Origin: Verrucomicrobiia bacterium
Lineage (GTDB): Bacteria > Verrucomicrobiota > Verrucomicrobiia > Limisphaerales > UBA11358
Length of the DNA: 64,000 nt
Assembly: GCA_031290985.1 (NCBI GenBank)
Contig: JARLJW010000111.1
Span: forward strand, 180,228 to 244,227
Direction: 5' to 3'
The notes beneath the pieces were generated by a model. The model was not told where the DNA came from. It worked only from the letters and a program-made list of their open reading frames with translations, and did no database searches. The translations under genes were made by a program, and so were the position numbers. This document shows positions 28,180 through 37,175 of the stretch, one piece after another. The stretch's first letter is position 1. The number at the start of each line of letters is the position of its first letter.

Positions 28180-28716
28180 ATGCCTCCCAAACCATTGGAA
28201 CCCACCGCCAGCCGCCAGCAGGCCGGCAAATATCTCACGTTCATCCTGCAGAATGAGTCCTATGGCTTGGAGGTGCTAAAGGTGCGCGAAATCATTCGCG
28301 CGACCACCATCACCGCCGTCCCCCAAATGCCGGCCCATGTGCGCGGCGTCATCAACCTGCGCGGCAAGATCATTCCGGTCATGGATCTGCGGTTAAAATT
28401 TGGCTTCGCTGAAGCCGCCAGCACCGAACAGACCTGCATCATCGTCGTCCAAGTGAAGCGGCCGGACGAAAAGGTCATGCAAATGGGCATGGTTGTGGAC
28501 GGCGTCGAAGAGGTGGCGAACCTCGCCGGGACGGACATCGAGGAAGCGCCGAATTTTGGCGGGCAGATCGCCACGGATTACATCATCGGCATGGCCAAAA
28601 TCAAGGGTGTGATCGCGACGCTGCTGGACATTGACGGCGTCATCGGGGCGGAAACCTTGAAGGAGCTTAAAATTCCGGCGGCCTGTGACCATCCGGCCGC
28701 AATTGAAACTTTATGA
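28180..28716 (+). CDS. cheW: Chemotaxis coupling protein CheW
   Basis: '[23 protein letters not shown]' and '[22 protein letters not shown]'. The track start is TTG 28141. ATG 28180 is preferred but uncertain. Confidence 0.88.
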   Translation: MPPKPLEPTASRQQAGKYLTFILQNESYGLEVLKVREIIRATTITAVPQMPAHVRGVINLRGKIIPVMDLRLKFGFAEAASTEQTCIIVVQVKRPDEKVMQMGMVVDGVEEVANLAGTDIEEAPNFGGQIATDYIIGMAKIKGVIATLLDIDGVIGAETLKELKIPAACDHPAAIETL

Positions 28717-30614
28717 AATGGAACCTGAAGAACCGCATCGCAGTGCCCACCGTGGCGCTGGTCCTGACCATCACCATAGCCCTCAGCCTGGTCTCGTTCT
28801 TGAAGAGCCGGGCGATGTTGAATAAAACCCTGGACGCCCAGCTCAACCAACAGTGCGCCGTCTCCATCAACGAGGTCGAAAGCTGGGTGGAAGCCAACCG
28901 GCAAAACCTGTTGCAGTGGGCGGTGGAACCGCAAATCTTGGCCGCCCTGGCCAACACGCCGGAAGCGCAAACGAACCGGGCCATCGTCGGGGCGGAGCAG
29001 GCGCACGCCCAGCAAGTCTATGGCTGTTACGAAAACATTTACCTGGTGGATCTCACTGGCGCCTGCGTGGCCTCCTCCGTACCCAAGTCGGTGGGAACGT
29101 TGAACGTGGGCGACCGCCAATATTTCAAGGACGCCCTGGCGGGCCAGACCGTGATTTCGCCGGTGTTGAGCAGCCATGTCACCGGCAATCCAATTGTGGT
29201 GATTTCCACGCCGATCAAGGCGGACGGGGTGGTGCGCGGCGTTTTGAGCTGCGCCCTGGACGTGAATACATTCAGCAGCAAATTCATCTCACCCATCAAA
29301 ATTTTACAGAGCGGATATGCGTTCATGTTCGATGAGCAGGGCGTGTTCATCGCCCATCCGGACAAGACGCAAATTCTTAAAACCAAACTGACCGATTTCG
29401 ACTGGGGCCGTCAAATGCTCGAACTGCATAATGGAGAAGTGCATTACACCTTGGAAGGTGCGGCCAAAAACACGATTTTCAAGACCAGCGACGTGCTGCA
29501 TTGGGGGCTGGCAGTCACCGTGCCGACCGCCGAGTTGAACGCCCCGGTGTATCAAATGGGCCGGGTCAACCTGTTGCTCAGCCTGGGCGCGTTGACCGTG
29601 GGCGTGGTCATCATGTTGTTGACGGCGCGCTCCATCACGCGGCCCCTGCAAAGGCTGGCGGATGGTTTGACGGCCGGAGCTGACCAAACCACTTCCGCCG
29701 CCGCGCAAGTTTCCGCCTCCAGCCAGTCGCTGGCGGAAGGTTCGAGCGAACAGGCGGCGTCGCTGGAAGAAACCAGTTCCTCGCTGGAGGAAATGTCCAG
29801 CATGACCAAGCGGAATGCGGAAAACGCCCAGAAGGCCAATGACCTGGCCCGACAGGCCCGCACCGCCGCCGACAAGGGCACCGCCAACATGCAGACGATG
29901 AATGCCGCCATGGACGCGATCAAGGTTTCGTCCGACGACATCGCCAAAATCATCAAGACCATTGATGAAATCGCCTTCCAGACCAACATCCTCGCGCTGA
30001 ACGCGGCGGTGGAGGCCGCCCGCGCCGGAGAAGCCGGGATGGGGTTTGCCGTGGTCGCGGATGAAGTGCGCAATCTCGCCCAGCGCAGCGCGCAGGCCGC
30101 GAAGGAAACCGCCGGCAAAATTGAAGGGGCCATCACCAAGACGGCCCAGGGCGTTGACATCAGCAGGCAGGTGGCGGAGGCCTTGAATGAAATTGCCGCC
30201 AAGGCGCGGCAGGTGGATGAGCTGGTGACGGAAGTGGCCGGGGCTTCGCGCGAACAAACGCAGGGCATCGCCCAGGTCAACACCGCCGTGGGCCAGATGG
30301 ACAAGGTCACGCAGTCCAACGCCGCCAGCGCGGAAGAAAGCGCGGCCGCGGCCGAAGAACTCAACGCCCAGGCGATGACCATGAAAGAATCGGTGGCGGA
30401 ACTGCTTCAACTCGTCGTCGGCAAGAGCCAGGGCACCGTGATCCGGACCGCCGCCGCCCCGGCACATGCCAAAGTCGTCCGTCATACTGCGCCCAAGGCA
30501 AAATTGGCCGCCCTGGTCGGCGGGAAGGGTCAGGCCCACAGGGAACGGGCGCTGACGAGCGAGGCTAATGGCCGGGACGAAATTCCCTTGGAGGGCGATT
30601 TCAAGGATTTTTGA
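28713..30614 (+). CDS. Methyl-accepting chemotaxis protein with a Cache-type periplasmic sensor
   Basis: 633 aa with ATGA overlap onto cheW. TM helix, Cache-like region, TM helix, HAMP ('[12 protein letters not shown]'), and the conserved signalling hairpin '[41 protein letters not shown]'. Confidence 0.92.
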   Translation: MKWNLKNRIAVPTVALVLTITIALSLVSFLKSRAMLNKTLDAQLNQQCAVSINEVESWVEANRQNLLQWAVEPQILAALANTPEAQTNRAIVGAEQAHAQQVYGCYENIYLVDLTGACVASSVPKSVGTLNVGDRQYFKDALAGQTVISPVLSSHVTGNPIVVISTPIKADGVVRGVLSCALDVNTFSSKFISPIKILQSGYAFMFDEQGVFIAHPDKTQILKTKLTDFDWGRQMLELHNGEVHYTLEGAAKNTIFKTSDVLHWGLAVTVPTAELNAPVYQMGRVNLLLSLGALTVGVVIMLLTARSITRPLQRLADGLTAGADQTTSAAAQVSASSQSLAEGSSEQAASLEETSSSLEEMSSMTKRNAENAQKANDLARQARTAADKGTANMQTMNAAMDAIKVSSDDIAKIIKTIDEIAFQTNILALNAAVEAARAGEAGMGFAVVADEVRNLAQRSAQAAKETAGKIEGAITKTAQGVDISRQVAEALNEIAAKARQVDELVTEVAGASREQTQGIAQVNTAVGQMDKVTQSNAASAEESAAAAEELNAQAMTMKESVAELLQLVVGKSQGTVIRTAAAPAHAKVVRHTAPKAKLAALVGGKGQAHRERALTSEANGRDEIPLEGDFKDF

Positions 30615-31134
30615 GCCGGTCGTGGCGGCTACGTCCGGGCGATTTGCAGATTGAGGACGGGCTGACGATGGGCTTCGTTCTTGGAATGGAGGATCGCAAG
30701 CGCCTCGGCTTCGTCCTTGATGCGCAAGGAATCCTGTTTGGCGGCCATCGGCTTTTCCTTCTTTCCGGCGCCTCGAGCATTTTCTGAAATACTGCGGCCG
30801 TTTGGTTGGGGGAGAAATGAGGGCGGTTTTTTTTGGGTTTTGGCTTCGCTTTGGCCCGGTCATCCCGACGGGTCGTGACGCCTTCGCCAAAGGCCGATGA
30901 GCGGCGCCGCCCGCCAAAAGTCCAAGCTGGCGGGGCCGGCAAAAATCCTCGCTCCAAACGGCGGCTGTATTTCTTCAAACGCTCCGATATATAATACGAC
31001 AGTTTTTTTTGGAAAACGTTCAATAAAATACTTGGATTTATTTGCGGGGCGGGGGTTGCCGGGCGGTCGTGGGGGCTGATAGTATGCCTGAGTTTTTTTG
31101 GCCGGCGGTGGCGGGCGGTGGGCGTTGTTCTTTG

Positions 31135-31225
31135 ACATCCAACATTCAACATCCAACATCCAACATCCAACATCCAACATCCAACATCCAACATCCAACA
31201 TCCAACATCCAACATCCAACATTCA
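31135..31225. repeat. Heptanucleotide microsatellite (ACATCCA)x13
   Basis: Counted by hand: 13 head-to-tail 7-nt units. Eleven are ACATCCA; units 2 and 13 are ACATTCA. The array is intergenic. Confidence 0.95.
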
Positions 31226-31435
31226 ACGCCCAATGTCGAAGGGCCAGCATTTGGTAAACCGCATGGACAACTACAGATAAACACGGATGGGAAACGGAAA
31301 GATTTCGCGCGAAGAAGCGAAGGTTTCGAAGGCTGCGGGGGGCACTGCTGGCCCAGGGCCACCATGGGGCGGTCGAGCTGGTTTCGGTTCCGCGGGAGAA
31401 TCAGAGTGCTGGGAGCCGATTGAAGATGAAAAACT

Positions 31436-31475
31436 GGCGGCAGGATGCCGCCTGAACCCGCAGGCAAGATGCTGC
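31436..31475. repeat. GC-rich palindromic (REP-like) units
   Basis: GGCGGCA-gga-TGCCGCC (31436-52), then the degenerate unit GCAGGCA-aga-TGCTGC (31460-75). Same design as the units at 56711-29 and 61248-67. Confidence 0.6.
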
Positions 31476-31498
31476 TCTGTAGAAACCATGGCACCCCA

Positions 31499-31534
31499 CC
31501 CTAACCCTCTCCCCTCCGAGGGGCGAGGGAACCG
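31499..31534. repeat. 36-nt hairpin repeat, copy 1
   Basis: ccctaaccctctcccctccgaggggcgagggaaccg is identical (36/36) to 51218..51253. Hairpin CCCTCTCCCC-tccga-GGGGCGAGGG, 10-bp stem with one G:T position. Confidence 0.85.
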
Positions 31535-31548
31535 CGTTGGGTCGACGG

Positions 31549-31623
31549 CAACGCACGACCATGAGTTGCACAGCGATTTTTGATCTTTGCTACAGAGCCG
31601 CAATATGCCTGCGCTACGGCGGG
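31549..31623. repeat. Intergenic repeat family 2, copy 2
   Basis: See 22693..22785. Shared blocks: aacgcacgaccatg, gttgc.cagcgatttttga, cagagc, cctgc(c)gctac. Confidence 0.75.
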
Positions 31624-31691
31624 TGGGCCGGCGTGCGGCCGGGTCGTCATTTTTCGGGGTAAACAAGATTTTTCGCTGACAAATTGTCCAA

Positions 31692-32468
31692 ATGCTGTAC
31701 ATTCCGCACATGGGAAGGCCACCACTGATTTTAGTTACGCCGAGCATCGAGAGACGCGGTGTGGAGTTTCATGACCTGTCGGCCAGCCTTTCGGTGCGGT
31801 ACAATAATGCCATTCTGAAGGCCGGCGGCATTCCGGTGACCGCGCCGACGACGACCGACCGGGCGGTGCTGGCGGAATGCGTGCGGCGCACCGATGGCGT
31901 GTTGCTGACGGGCGGCGATGACATCAATCCGGAGTTGTACGATAAAAAGCTGCCGCGCAAGGTGCTGAAGACGGTTGAGCAGACGCCGGATGGCGGGGAA
32001 CGCGATGCGCGCGAGCTGGTGCTGATCCGGGAAATCTTCCGCCAACACAAGCCGGTGCTGGCGATCTGCCGCGGGCATCAGATGTTGAACGTGGCGTTCG
32101 GGGCGAAGCTGGTGGCGGACATCGGGCAGCAGGTGAAGACGCCGGTGAATCATCGGCGGATGGACCAGCCGCTGGAACTGGTGCATGAAGTGGCGTTGAC
32201 ACCCGGCTCGTTAGCGGCCAAAATTTGTAAAACCACGGTTTTGGGGGTGAACAGCACCCATCACCAGGCGATCCTGCAGCCGGCCGCGCCGTTCGTGGCG
32301 ACCGGGGTGAGCAGCGACGGGATCGTGGAAGTGATGGAGCTGAAAAAGAAATCGCTGCCGTTCTTTTTGAGCGTGCAGTTCCATCCGGAGCGGCTGGTGC
32401 AGAAACATGCCCGCTACCGGGCGATATTTCAGAAATTTGTGGAAGCCTGCGGAAAAAATAAAAACTAA
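31692..32468 (+). CDS. Class-I glutamine amidotransferase-like gamma-glutamyl hydrolase (PuuD / peptidase C26 family)
   Basis: 258 aa. 'LLTGGDDINPELY', catalytic 'AICRGHQMLNVAFG', 'NSTHHQA', 'VQFHPE'. An alternative start exists at ATG 31710. Confidence 0.88.
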   Translation: MLYIPHMGRPPLILVTPSIERRGVEFHDLSASLSVRYNNAILKAGGIPVTAPTTTDRAVLAECVRRTDGVLLTGGDDINPELYDKKLPRKVLKTVEQTPDGGERDARELVLIREIFRQHKPVLAICRGHQMLNVAFGAKLVADIGQQVKTPVNHRRMDQPLELVHEVALTPGSLAAKICKTTVLGVNSTHHQAILQPAAPFVATGVSSDGIVEVMELKKKSLPFFLSVQFHPERLVQKHARYRAIFQKFVEACGKNKN

Positions 32469-32469
32469 C

Positions 32470-33813
32470 ATGAAAGGTAAAATTCTCATCGTGGATGATG
32501 AACCGGAGCTGCGCATGCTGCTCAAGTCCATCCTCGAAACCGATTTCTCCGTGACGGACGCCGACTGCGGCGCGACGCTCTTGAAAAGATTTTCCGACGA
32601 TGCGCCGGACGTGGTGCTGCTGGACTTGAAGCTGCCGGACGCGAACGGCCTGGACCTGCTGCCGCAGATCAAGAAGAACTGGCCGGACACGGAGGTGATC
32701 GTGCTGACGGGCGAGGCGACCTTCGAGGCGGCGGTGCAGGCGACGAAGCGCGGGGCGTATCATTTCATCAACAAGCCGTTCGACACGCAGGCGCTGCAGG
32801 TGACGATCGACCGGGCGATTGAAAACCGCCAGCAGAAGGAGGAGAACAATTCCCTGCGCCGGGCGATTTCCACGATGAGCGGCGGTTCGGCGCCGGTCTT
32901 CCAGAGTTCGGCGTTGCAACTGGTCGTGCGCACAATCGAACGGGTGGCGCCGAGCGATGTGGCCATCCTGATCACCGGCGAAAGCGGCACGGGCAAGGAA
33001 GTGATCGCGGACCTCATCCACAGTCTGAGCCTGCGGGCGAAGAACCGGATCATCAAGGTGAACTGCGCCGCCCTGCCCCGCGAGCTGATCGAGAGCGAAC
33101 TGTTCGGTTCCAAGAAGGGTTCATTCACGGGGGCGACGGCGGACCGCGAAGGACTGTTCCGGCAGGCCGAGGGCGGGACGCTGTTCCTGGATGAGATTTC
33201 CGAGATGCCGATCGACACGCAGAGCAAGCTGCTGCGCGTGTTGCAGGACCAGGAAGTGCGCCCGGTGGGCAGCACGACGAGCTTCAAGACGAACTGCCGC
33301 ATCATCGCGGCGACGAACCGCCGGCCCGAGGACGCGATCAAGGACGGCAAGCTGCGCGAGGATTTGTTCTACCGCATCAGCGCGATTTCGGTGTACCTGC
33401 CGCCGTTGCGCGAGCGGCGCGATGACATCATGCCGCTGGCGAACGTCTTCCTGAAACGTTTCAGCGCGCAGGCGAACCGGGTATTGCGCGGGTTCACGCC
33501 GCAGGCGGTGGAACGGCTGGCGAGCTTTGAATGGCCGGGCAACGTGCGCCAGTTGCAGAACGAGATCCAGCGCGCGGTGCTGCTCTCGGAAGGCCCGGAG
33601 GTGAATGTGACCGACCTGTCGATCAGCGACGTGAAGTTCATCCCGACCGAAGGCCACGACACTTCCTTCACGCTGCTCGAAGGCGTGGAGCGCAACGCCA
33701 TCATCCAGATGCTCAAGGAAACGGGCGGCAACAAGCTGGAAACGGCGAAGCGCCTGGGCATCGGCCGCCAGACCCTCTACAACAAGATCAAGGGCTACGG
33801 GATCGATACTTGA
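32470..33813 (+). CDS. Sigma-54-dependent response regulator (NtrC family)
   Basis: Track ORF from 32407, trimmed to ATG 32470 ('MKGKILIVDDEPE'), 2 nt after the upstream stop. Receiver 'VVLLDLKLPD', AAA+ motifs 'GESGTGKE', 'ESELFG', 'GSFTGA', and a C-terminal Fis-type HTH 'ETAKRLGIGRQTLYNKIK'. Confidence 0.92.
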   Translation: MKGKILIVDDEPELRMLLKSILETDFSVTDADCGATLLKRFSDDAPDVVLLDLKLPDANGLDLLPQIKKNWPDTEVIVLTGEATFEAAVQATKRGAYHFINKPFDTQALQVTIDRAIENRQQKEENNSLRRAISTMSGGSAPVFQSSALQLVVRTIERVAPSDVAILITGESGTGKEVIADLIHSLSLRAKNRIIKVNCAALPRELIESELFGSKKGSFTGATADREGLFRQAEGGTLFLDEISEMPIDTQSKLLRVLQDQEVRPVGSTTSFKTNCRIIAATNRRPEDAIKDGKLREDLFYRISAISVYLPPLRERRDDIMPLANVFLKRFSAQANRVLRGFTPQAVERLASFEWPGNVRQLQNEIQRAVLLSEGPEVNVTDLSISDVKFIPTEGHDTSFTLLEGVERNAIIQMLKETGGNKLETAKRLGIGRQTLYNKIKGYGIDT

Positions 33814-33950
33814 TTTGATCATTGATTACGCGGAGGACCGCGTAGCTCCCGTGGGTCGGCGCACGGAATTTTGAACAGCGACCGGGACGGGGTGTCTGTT
33901 GTCTGTTGATCGATTGATCACGAGCCTGCACGCATTGGGGCAGCGCGCGC

Positions 33951-36900
33951 ATGAAAACACCCATCTCGAAATCAGTGCTGGCGGTTGTCCTCGCAGGCAT
34001 GGCTCTCATTGCCGGCCTCGTGGAGCTGAGGCTGCATTCCGGCAAGCCATCCGCAGTGGAAGCAGCATCAGCCGTCACGGAAAAAACGGCGGCCACCGCA
34101 GCGGCAGCGCCCGCGCCAAAAGCCGCACCGGCAAAACCCGCCGCGAACGTCGGCACACTAAACAATTCGCTCCCCGTCATTCCCATTTCGCTCACGCCCT
34201 TTTTAGATGCGGTGGATGCCGCGGTGGCGAGGACGGATTCGGCGATGCAGTCATTGCCGCACGGTCCGCAGGTCTATGGCGGGATTGATTTTCTGCTCGA
34301 AGGCGCCATCAATCTCCAGGGACTCGGCACACTCGAGGAGCAGAACAAGAGTTACCGTACCAATGCAGTGGTGAGCCTGGACGAGACCAACACGGTCGAG
34401 GGCAAGTCCGTGGTGACGGAGCGCGGCAAAGGCATTGTCTGCCTCTATCTGCTGGCGGGCGGGCGGTTCGCCAGCGAAAAGCCGGGCGAAAAAACGGCCG
34501 ACGTGGTCTGGCATTACGCCGATGGCACGGCCCTGCGCAGCGCGCTGCAAAACAACGTCCACGTGCGGGACTGGTGGCGGCGGCCTTACGAACAGCCGGC
34601 GCAATTGCCGAGCCCCAACACGAAGGTCGCCTGGCACAGCACCCAGCCCGGGAGCAACGGGCGCACGTTGCGGCTTTACCGCATCGCGGTGGTGAACCCG
34701 CATCCGGAAAAGACCGTCCGCGCGATCGGCTTTGCGAGCGCGATGAACCGGCCCTCGCTGTTCGTCGCGGCGCTCACGCTGGATCCGCTGATGCCGGGCG
34801 CGCGGCCGGATGACCTCACCTCGGAAGAAGTGGCCGATCCGGAAATGAACGGGCAGTTGCAGCTTTATGTGCAGGATGCCGATGGGCATCCGCTGGCGGA
34901 CGTGGAGGTGAATTCCCATTTCCAGGCGGGGAAGCTGGATGCGCCCGGTCAAAAATATGTCACGGACAACAGCGGGCTGGCGCGGGTGCGTTTTCCGGAC
35001 ACCGGGCTGGAAAGCTTGGACGTGAGCGCCGCGCATGACGGTTTCAGCGGGCGCAAGATGCTCTGGGATGTGAAGGCGGGCGACGTGGTGCCGGCGAGCT
35101 ACACGTTGAAGCTTTCGGCGGAGGTGAAGATTGGCGGCGTGGTGGTGGATGAGCAGGAGGTGCCCATCCCGGGGGTAAGCATCCGGCTTTATCGCTTTTG
35201 GAGCAGCCAGGATGACCGCCCCAACAAGAAGGGCGAGCAGGCCAGCTTTTCCACCATGAGCACCAGTACGGATGACACGGGCCGATGGGAGGCAAAAGGA
35301 TTGCCGGCCACCCTGCTCGATCATATCAGCGTGGAAGCGAAACATCCGGAGTACATCGGCGAACAAAGCACCGTCGGGGGCACCGCGGAAAAGGCGTTAC
35401 GCGCGGAGACATATAAAATGATACTGAAGCGCGGCCTGGAAGTAACCGGCCAGGTCCTGGATGAGAGCGGGAACCCGATTTCCGGCGCGACGGTGTTCGC
35501 GGGGCAACGCTACTACCGCGAACGGCAGCAGATGAACACCGGCGACGACGGGCGGTTTCATTTCAAGCGCATGGCCGAAGGCGCGATGGAATTCAGCGTC
35601 ACCGCCAAGGGCCGGATGCCGGCGGTGAAGTCCGTGACGGTGAAGCCGGACATGGGTGAAATCATCTTCCGGCTCGGCCTGGGCAAAACGATCCGCGCGC
35701 TCGTGCGAAACGCGGCGGGCGACCCGCTGCCGGGCACGCGCGTTTCGTTGGAGAGCGCCAATGGCGGGGTGGCGGAGTCGTACGAATTTGAGACCACCAC
35801 GGGCGATGACGGACGGTTCACCTGGGACGGCGCGCCGGATGAGCCGGTGCATTTTTACTTTTACAAATCCGGCTACGAGCAAAAGCGGCGGCAATTGCTC
35901 CAGCCGGACATCGAGAACATCATCACGCTGCAAAAGACCCGCACGGTGCACGGCCAGGTGGTGGATGCGGATACGGGCAACCCGGTCACGAAATTTCGCA
36001 TCGGCTTTGGGCGCAATCCGGGCGGCGGTAATTTTTACGCCGATTATCCCGGCATGGCGGATCACGCGGACGCCAACGGGATGTTCAGCCTGGATTTGAA
36101 CGAGGAAGAGGACACGCAGGTGAAGGCCGAGGCGGATGATTATGCGGAACAGATCCAGCCGCTGCCCGCCGCGCAAAATGACACGGTGCAGGTAACCCTG
36201 CGGCTCAAGCCCAGCCCGGCCTTGCATGGCGTGGTGGTTTCGCCCGCCGGCCAGCCGTTGCCCGGGGTGTCGGTGACGATGACAACAAGCGGCGGCGGCA
36301 GCTCCGCCAGCCTCGCCGGCGGGAAATTGCGCGCCTACGGTTCGGGTCCGAAAATTTCCATCACCGATGACGAGGGGAAATTCATTCTGCCCTCGCCGCC
36401 CCAAGGTGCGACGGTCGTCGCCGTCGGCGAGGCGGGTTTTGCCAACGTCCCGGTGGAGCAGGTGCGGCAAAATTCCACCATCGTGCTCCAGCCGTTCGGC
36501 CGCATTGAGGGCACGTTGAAGATCGGCGGGCAGCCGGGGGCGGGCAAGGATGTGATGCTCACGCTCAGCATCCCCGGCATCGGCACCGACTGGGACAGCT
36601 ACAAACGGACGACAGATGACCAGGGGCATTTCACGATCGAACACGTGCCGCCCGGAGAGGTGCAGCTTGTGCGACTGATCGCCACGGGCGTCAACTCCTG
36701 GGGTCACAGCGACAACACCGTGGTGACCGTAAACCCCGGCGAGACCACCCAGGTCACCCTGGGCGACAAGGGCGCGGTGCTGGCCGGCAGGATCCGCTGT
36801 GAAGTCCAGCCGGCGAATGACGCCGGGGCGAACTTTGACGGCCGCTTGTCACACCCGCTGCCACCACGACCGGCCTTCCATTCACCCGACGAGGCCAAGG

Positions 36901-37169
36901 CTTATTACAACTCGCCCGAGTGGAAGGCTTTGATGAAGCAGCAAAAAAATTACGTCGCGGAAATACACCCGGACGGCTCGTTTGAGGTGGATGATGTCGT
37001 GCCGGGAACCTATTCGATGACGGTGGACGCGCGGGTCGGCGGCCAGCGGCCATGGGAGCATCAACCCTTTGCCCAAGGGTCGACGACGATCACCGTGCCG
37101 GACTCCTTTGATCCCGCCTCGCCGATGGACGTGGGCGAGATCGTGCTCCAGCCCGTGCAGTCGCACTGA
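33951..37169 (+). CDS. Large secreted protein with multiple carboxypeptidase-regulatory-like beta-sandwich domains; function unknown
   Basis: 1072 aa with a signal peptide. About eight occurrences of the 'G.V.D..G.P(L/I).G..V' pattern ('GQVLDESGNPISGATVFAG', 'VRNAAGDPLPGTRVSLE', 'HGQVVDADTGNPV', 'HGVVVSPAGQPLPGVSVTM'...). Confidence 0.7.
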   Translation: MKTPISKSVLAVVLAGMALIAGLVELRLHSGKPSAVEAASAVTEKTAATAAAAPAPKAAPAKPAANVGTLNNSLPVIPISLTPFLDAVDAAVARTDSAMQSLPHGPQVYGGIDFLLEGAINLQGLGTLEEQNKSYRTNAVVSLDETNTVEGKSVVTERGKGIVCLYLLAGGRFASEKPGEKTADVVWHYADGTALRSALQNNVHVRDWWRRPYEQPAQLPSPNTKVAWHSTQPGSNGRTLRLYRIAVVNPHPEKTVRAIGFASAMNRPSLFVAALTLDPLMPGARPDDLTSEEVADPEMNGQLQLYVQDADGHPLADVEVNSHFQAGKLDAPGQKYVTDNSGLARVRFPDTGLESLDVSAAHDGFSGRKMLWDVKAGDVVPASYTLKLSAEVKIGGVVVDEQEVPIPGVSIRLYRFWSSQDDRPNKKGEQASFSTMSTSTDDTGRWEAKGLPATLLDHISVEAKHPEYIGEQSTVGGTAEKALRAETYKMILKRGLEVTGQVLDESGNPISGATVFAGQRYYRERQQMNTGDDGRFHFKRMAEGAMEFSVTAKGRMPAVKSVTVKPDMGEIIFRLGLGKTIRALVRNAAGDPLPGTRVSLESANGGVAESYEFETTTGDDGRFTWDGAPDEPVHFYFYKSGYEQKRRQLLQPDIENIITLQKTRTVHGQVVDADTGNPVTKFRIGFGRNPGGGNFYADYPGMADHADANGMFSLDLNEEEDTQVKAEADDYAEQIQPLPAAQNDTVQVTLRLKPSPALHGVVVSPAGQPLPGVSVTMTTSGGGSSASLAGGKLRAYGSGPKISITDDEGKFILPSPPQGATVVAVGEAGFANVPVEQVRQNSTIVLQPFGRIEGTLKIGGQPGAGKDVMLTLSIPGIGTDWDSYKRTTDDQGHFTIEHVPPGEVQLVRLIATGVNSWGHSDNTVVTVNPGETTQVTLGDKGAVLAGRIRCEVQPANDAGANFDGRLSHPLPPRPAFHSPDEAKAYYNSPEWKALMKQQKNYVAEIHPDGSFEVDDVVPGTYSMTVDARVGGQRPWEHQPFAQGSTTITVPDSFDPASPMDVGEIVLQPVQSH

Positions 37170-37175
37170 ACGGGC

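Noticed and set aside
30826-30833. T8 run downstream of the MCP gene as an intrinsic terminator
   Set aside because: No GC-rich stem immediately precedes the T-run, and it lies ~210 nt past the stop codon.
29304-30917. 537-aa and 276-aa minus-strand ORFs across the MCP gene
   Set aside because: Ala/Gly-rich MCP coding sequence keeps the antisense frames open. The + strand product has the canonical MCP signalling hairpin.
31135-31225. Possibility that the tandem array is a CRISPR array
   Set aside because: The units are 7 nt and directly abutting with no spacers, and there are no cas genes in the window. It is a microsatellite, not a CRISPR array.
30601-31494. 297-aa minus-strand ORF and several + ORFs with 'MLDVGCW' / 'HPTSNIQ' peptide repeats
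   Set aside because: The repeated peptides are simply the heptamer microsatellite read in all frames, since the unit has no stop codon. The rest of these ORFs crosses homopolymer runs and REP units and has no protein-like features.
31676-31703. Sigma-70-like promoter (CTGACA, 16-nt spacer, TACATT) that would make the amidotransferase mRNA leaderless at ATG 31710
   Set aside because: It is only a moderate match. The promoter consensus for this phylum is uncertain and there are no TSS data. It is not reported as a feature.
33858-33875. Sigma-54 -24/-12-like sequence ggcgcacggaattttgaa upstream of the 1072-aa gene
   Set aside because: The invariant GG (-24) and GC (-12) dinucleotides are not both present at the correct spacing (cGCAC...TTGA). 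The match is too weak to call without a PWM score or TSS data.
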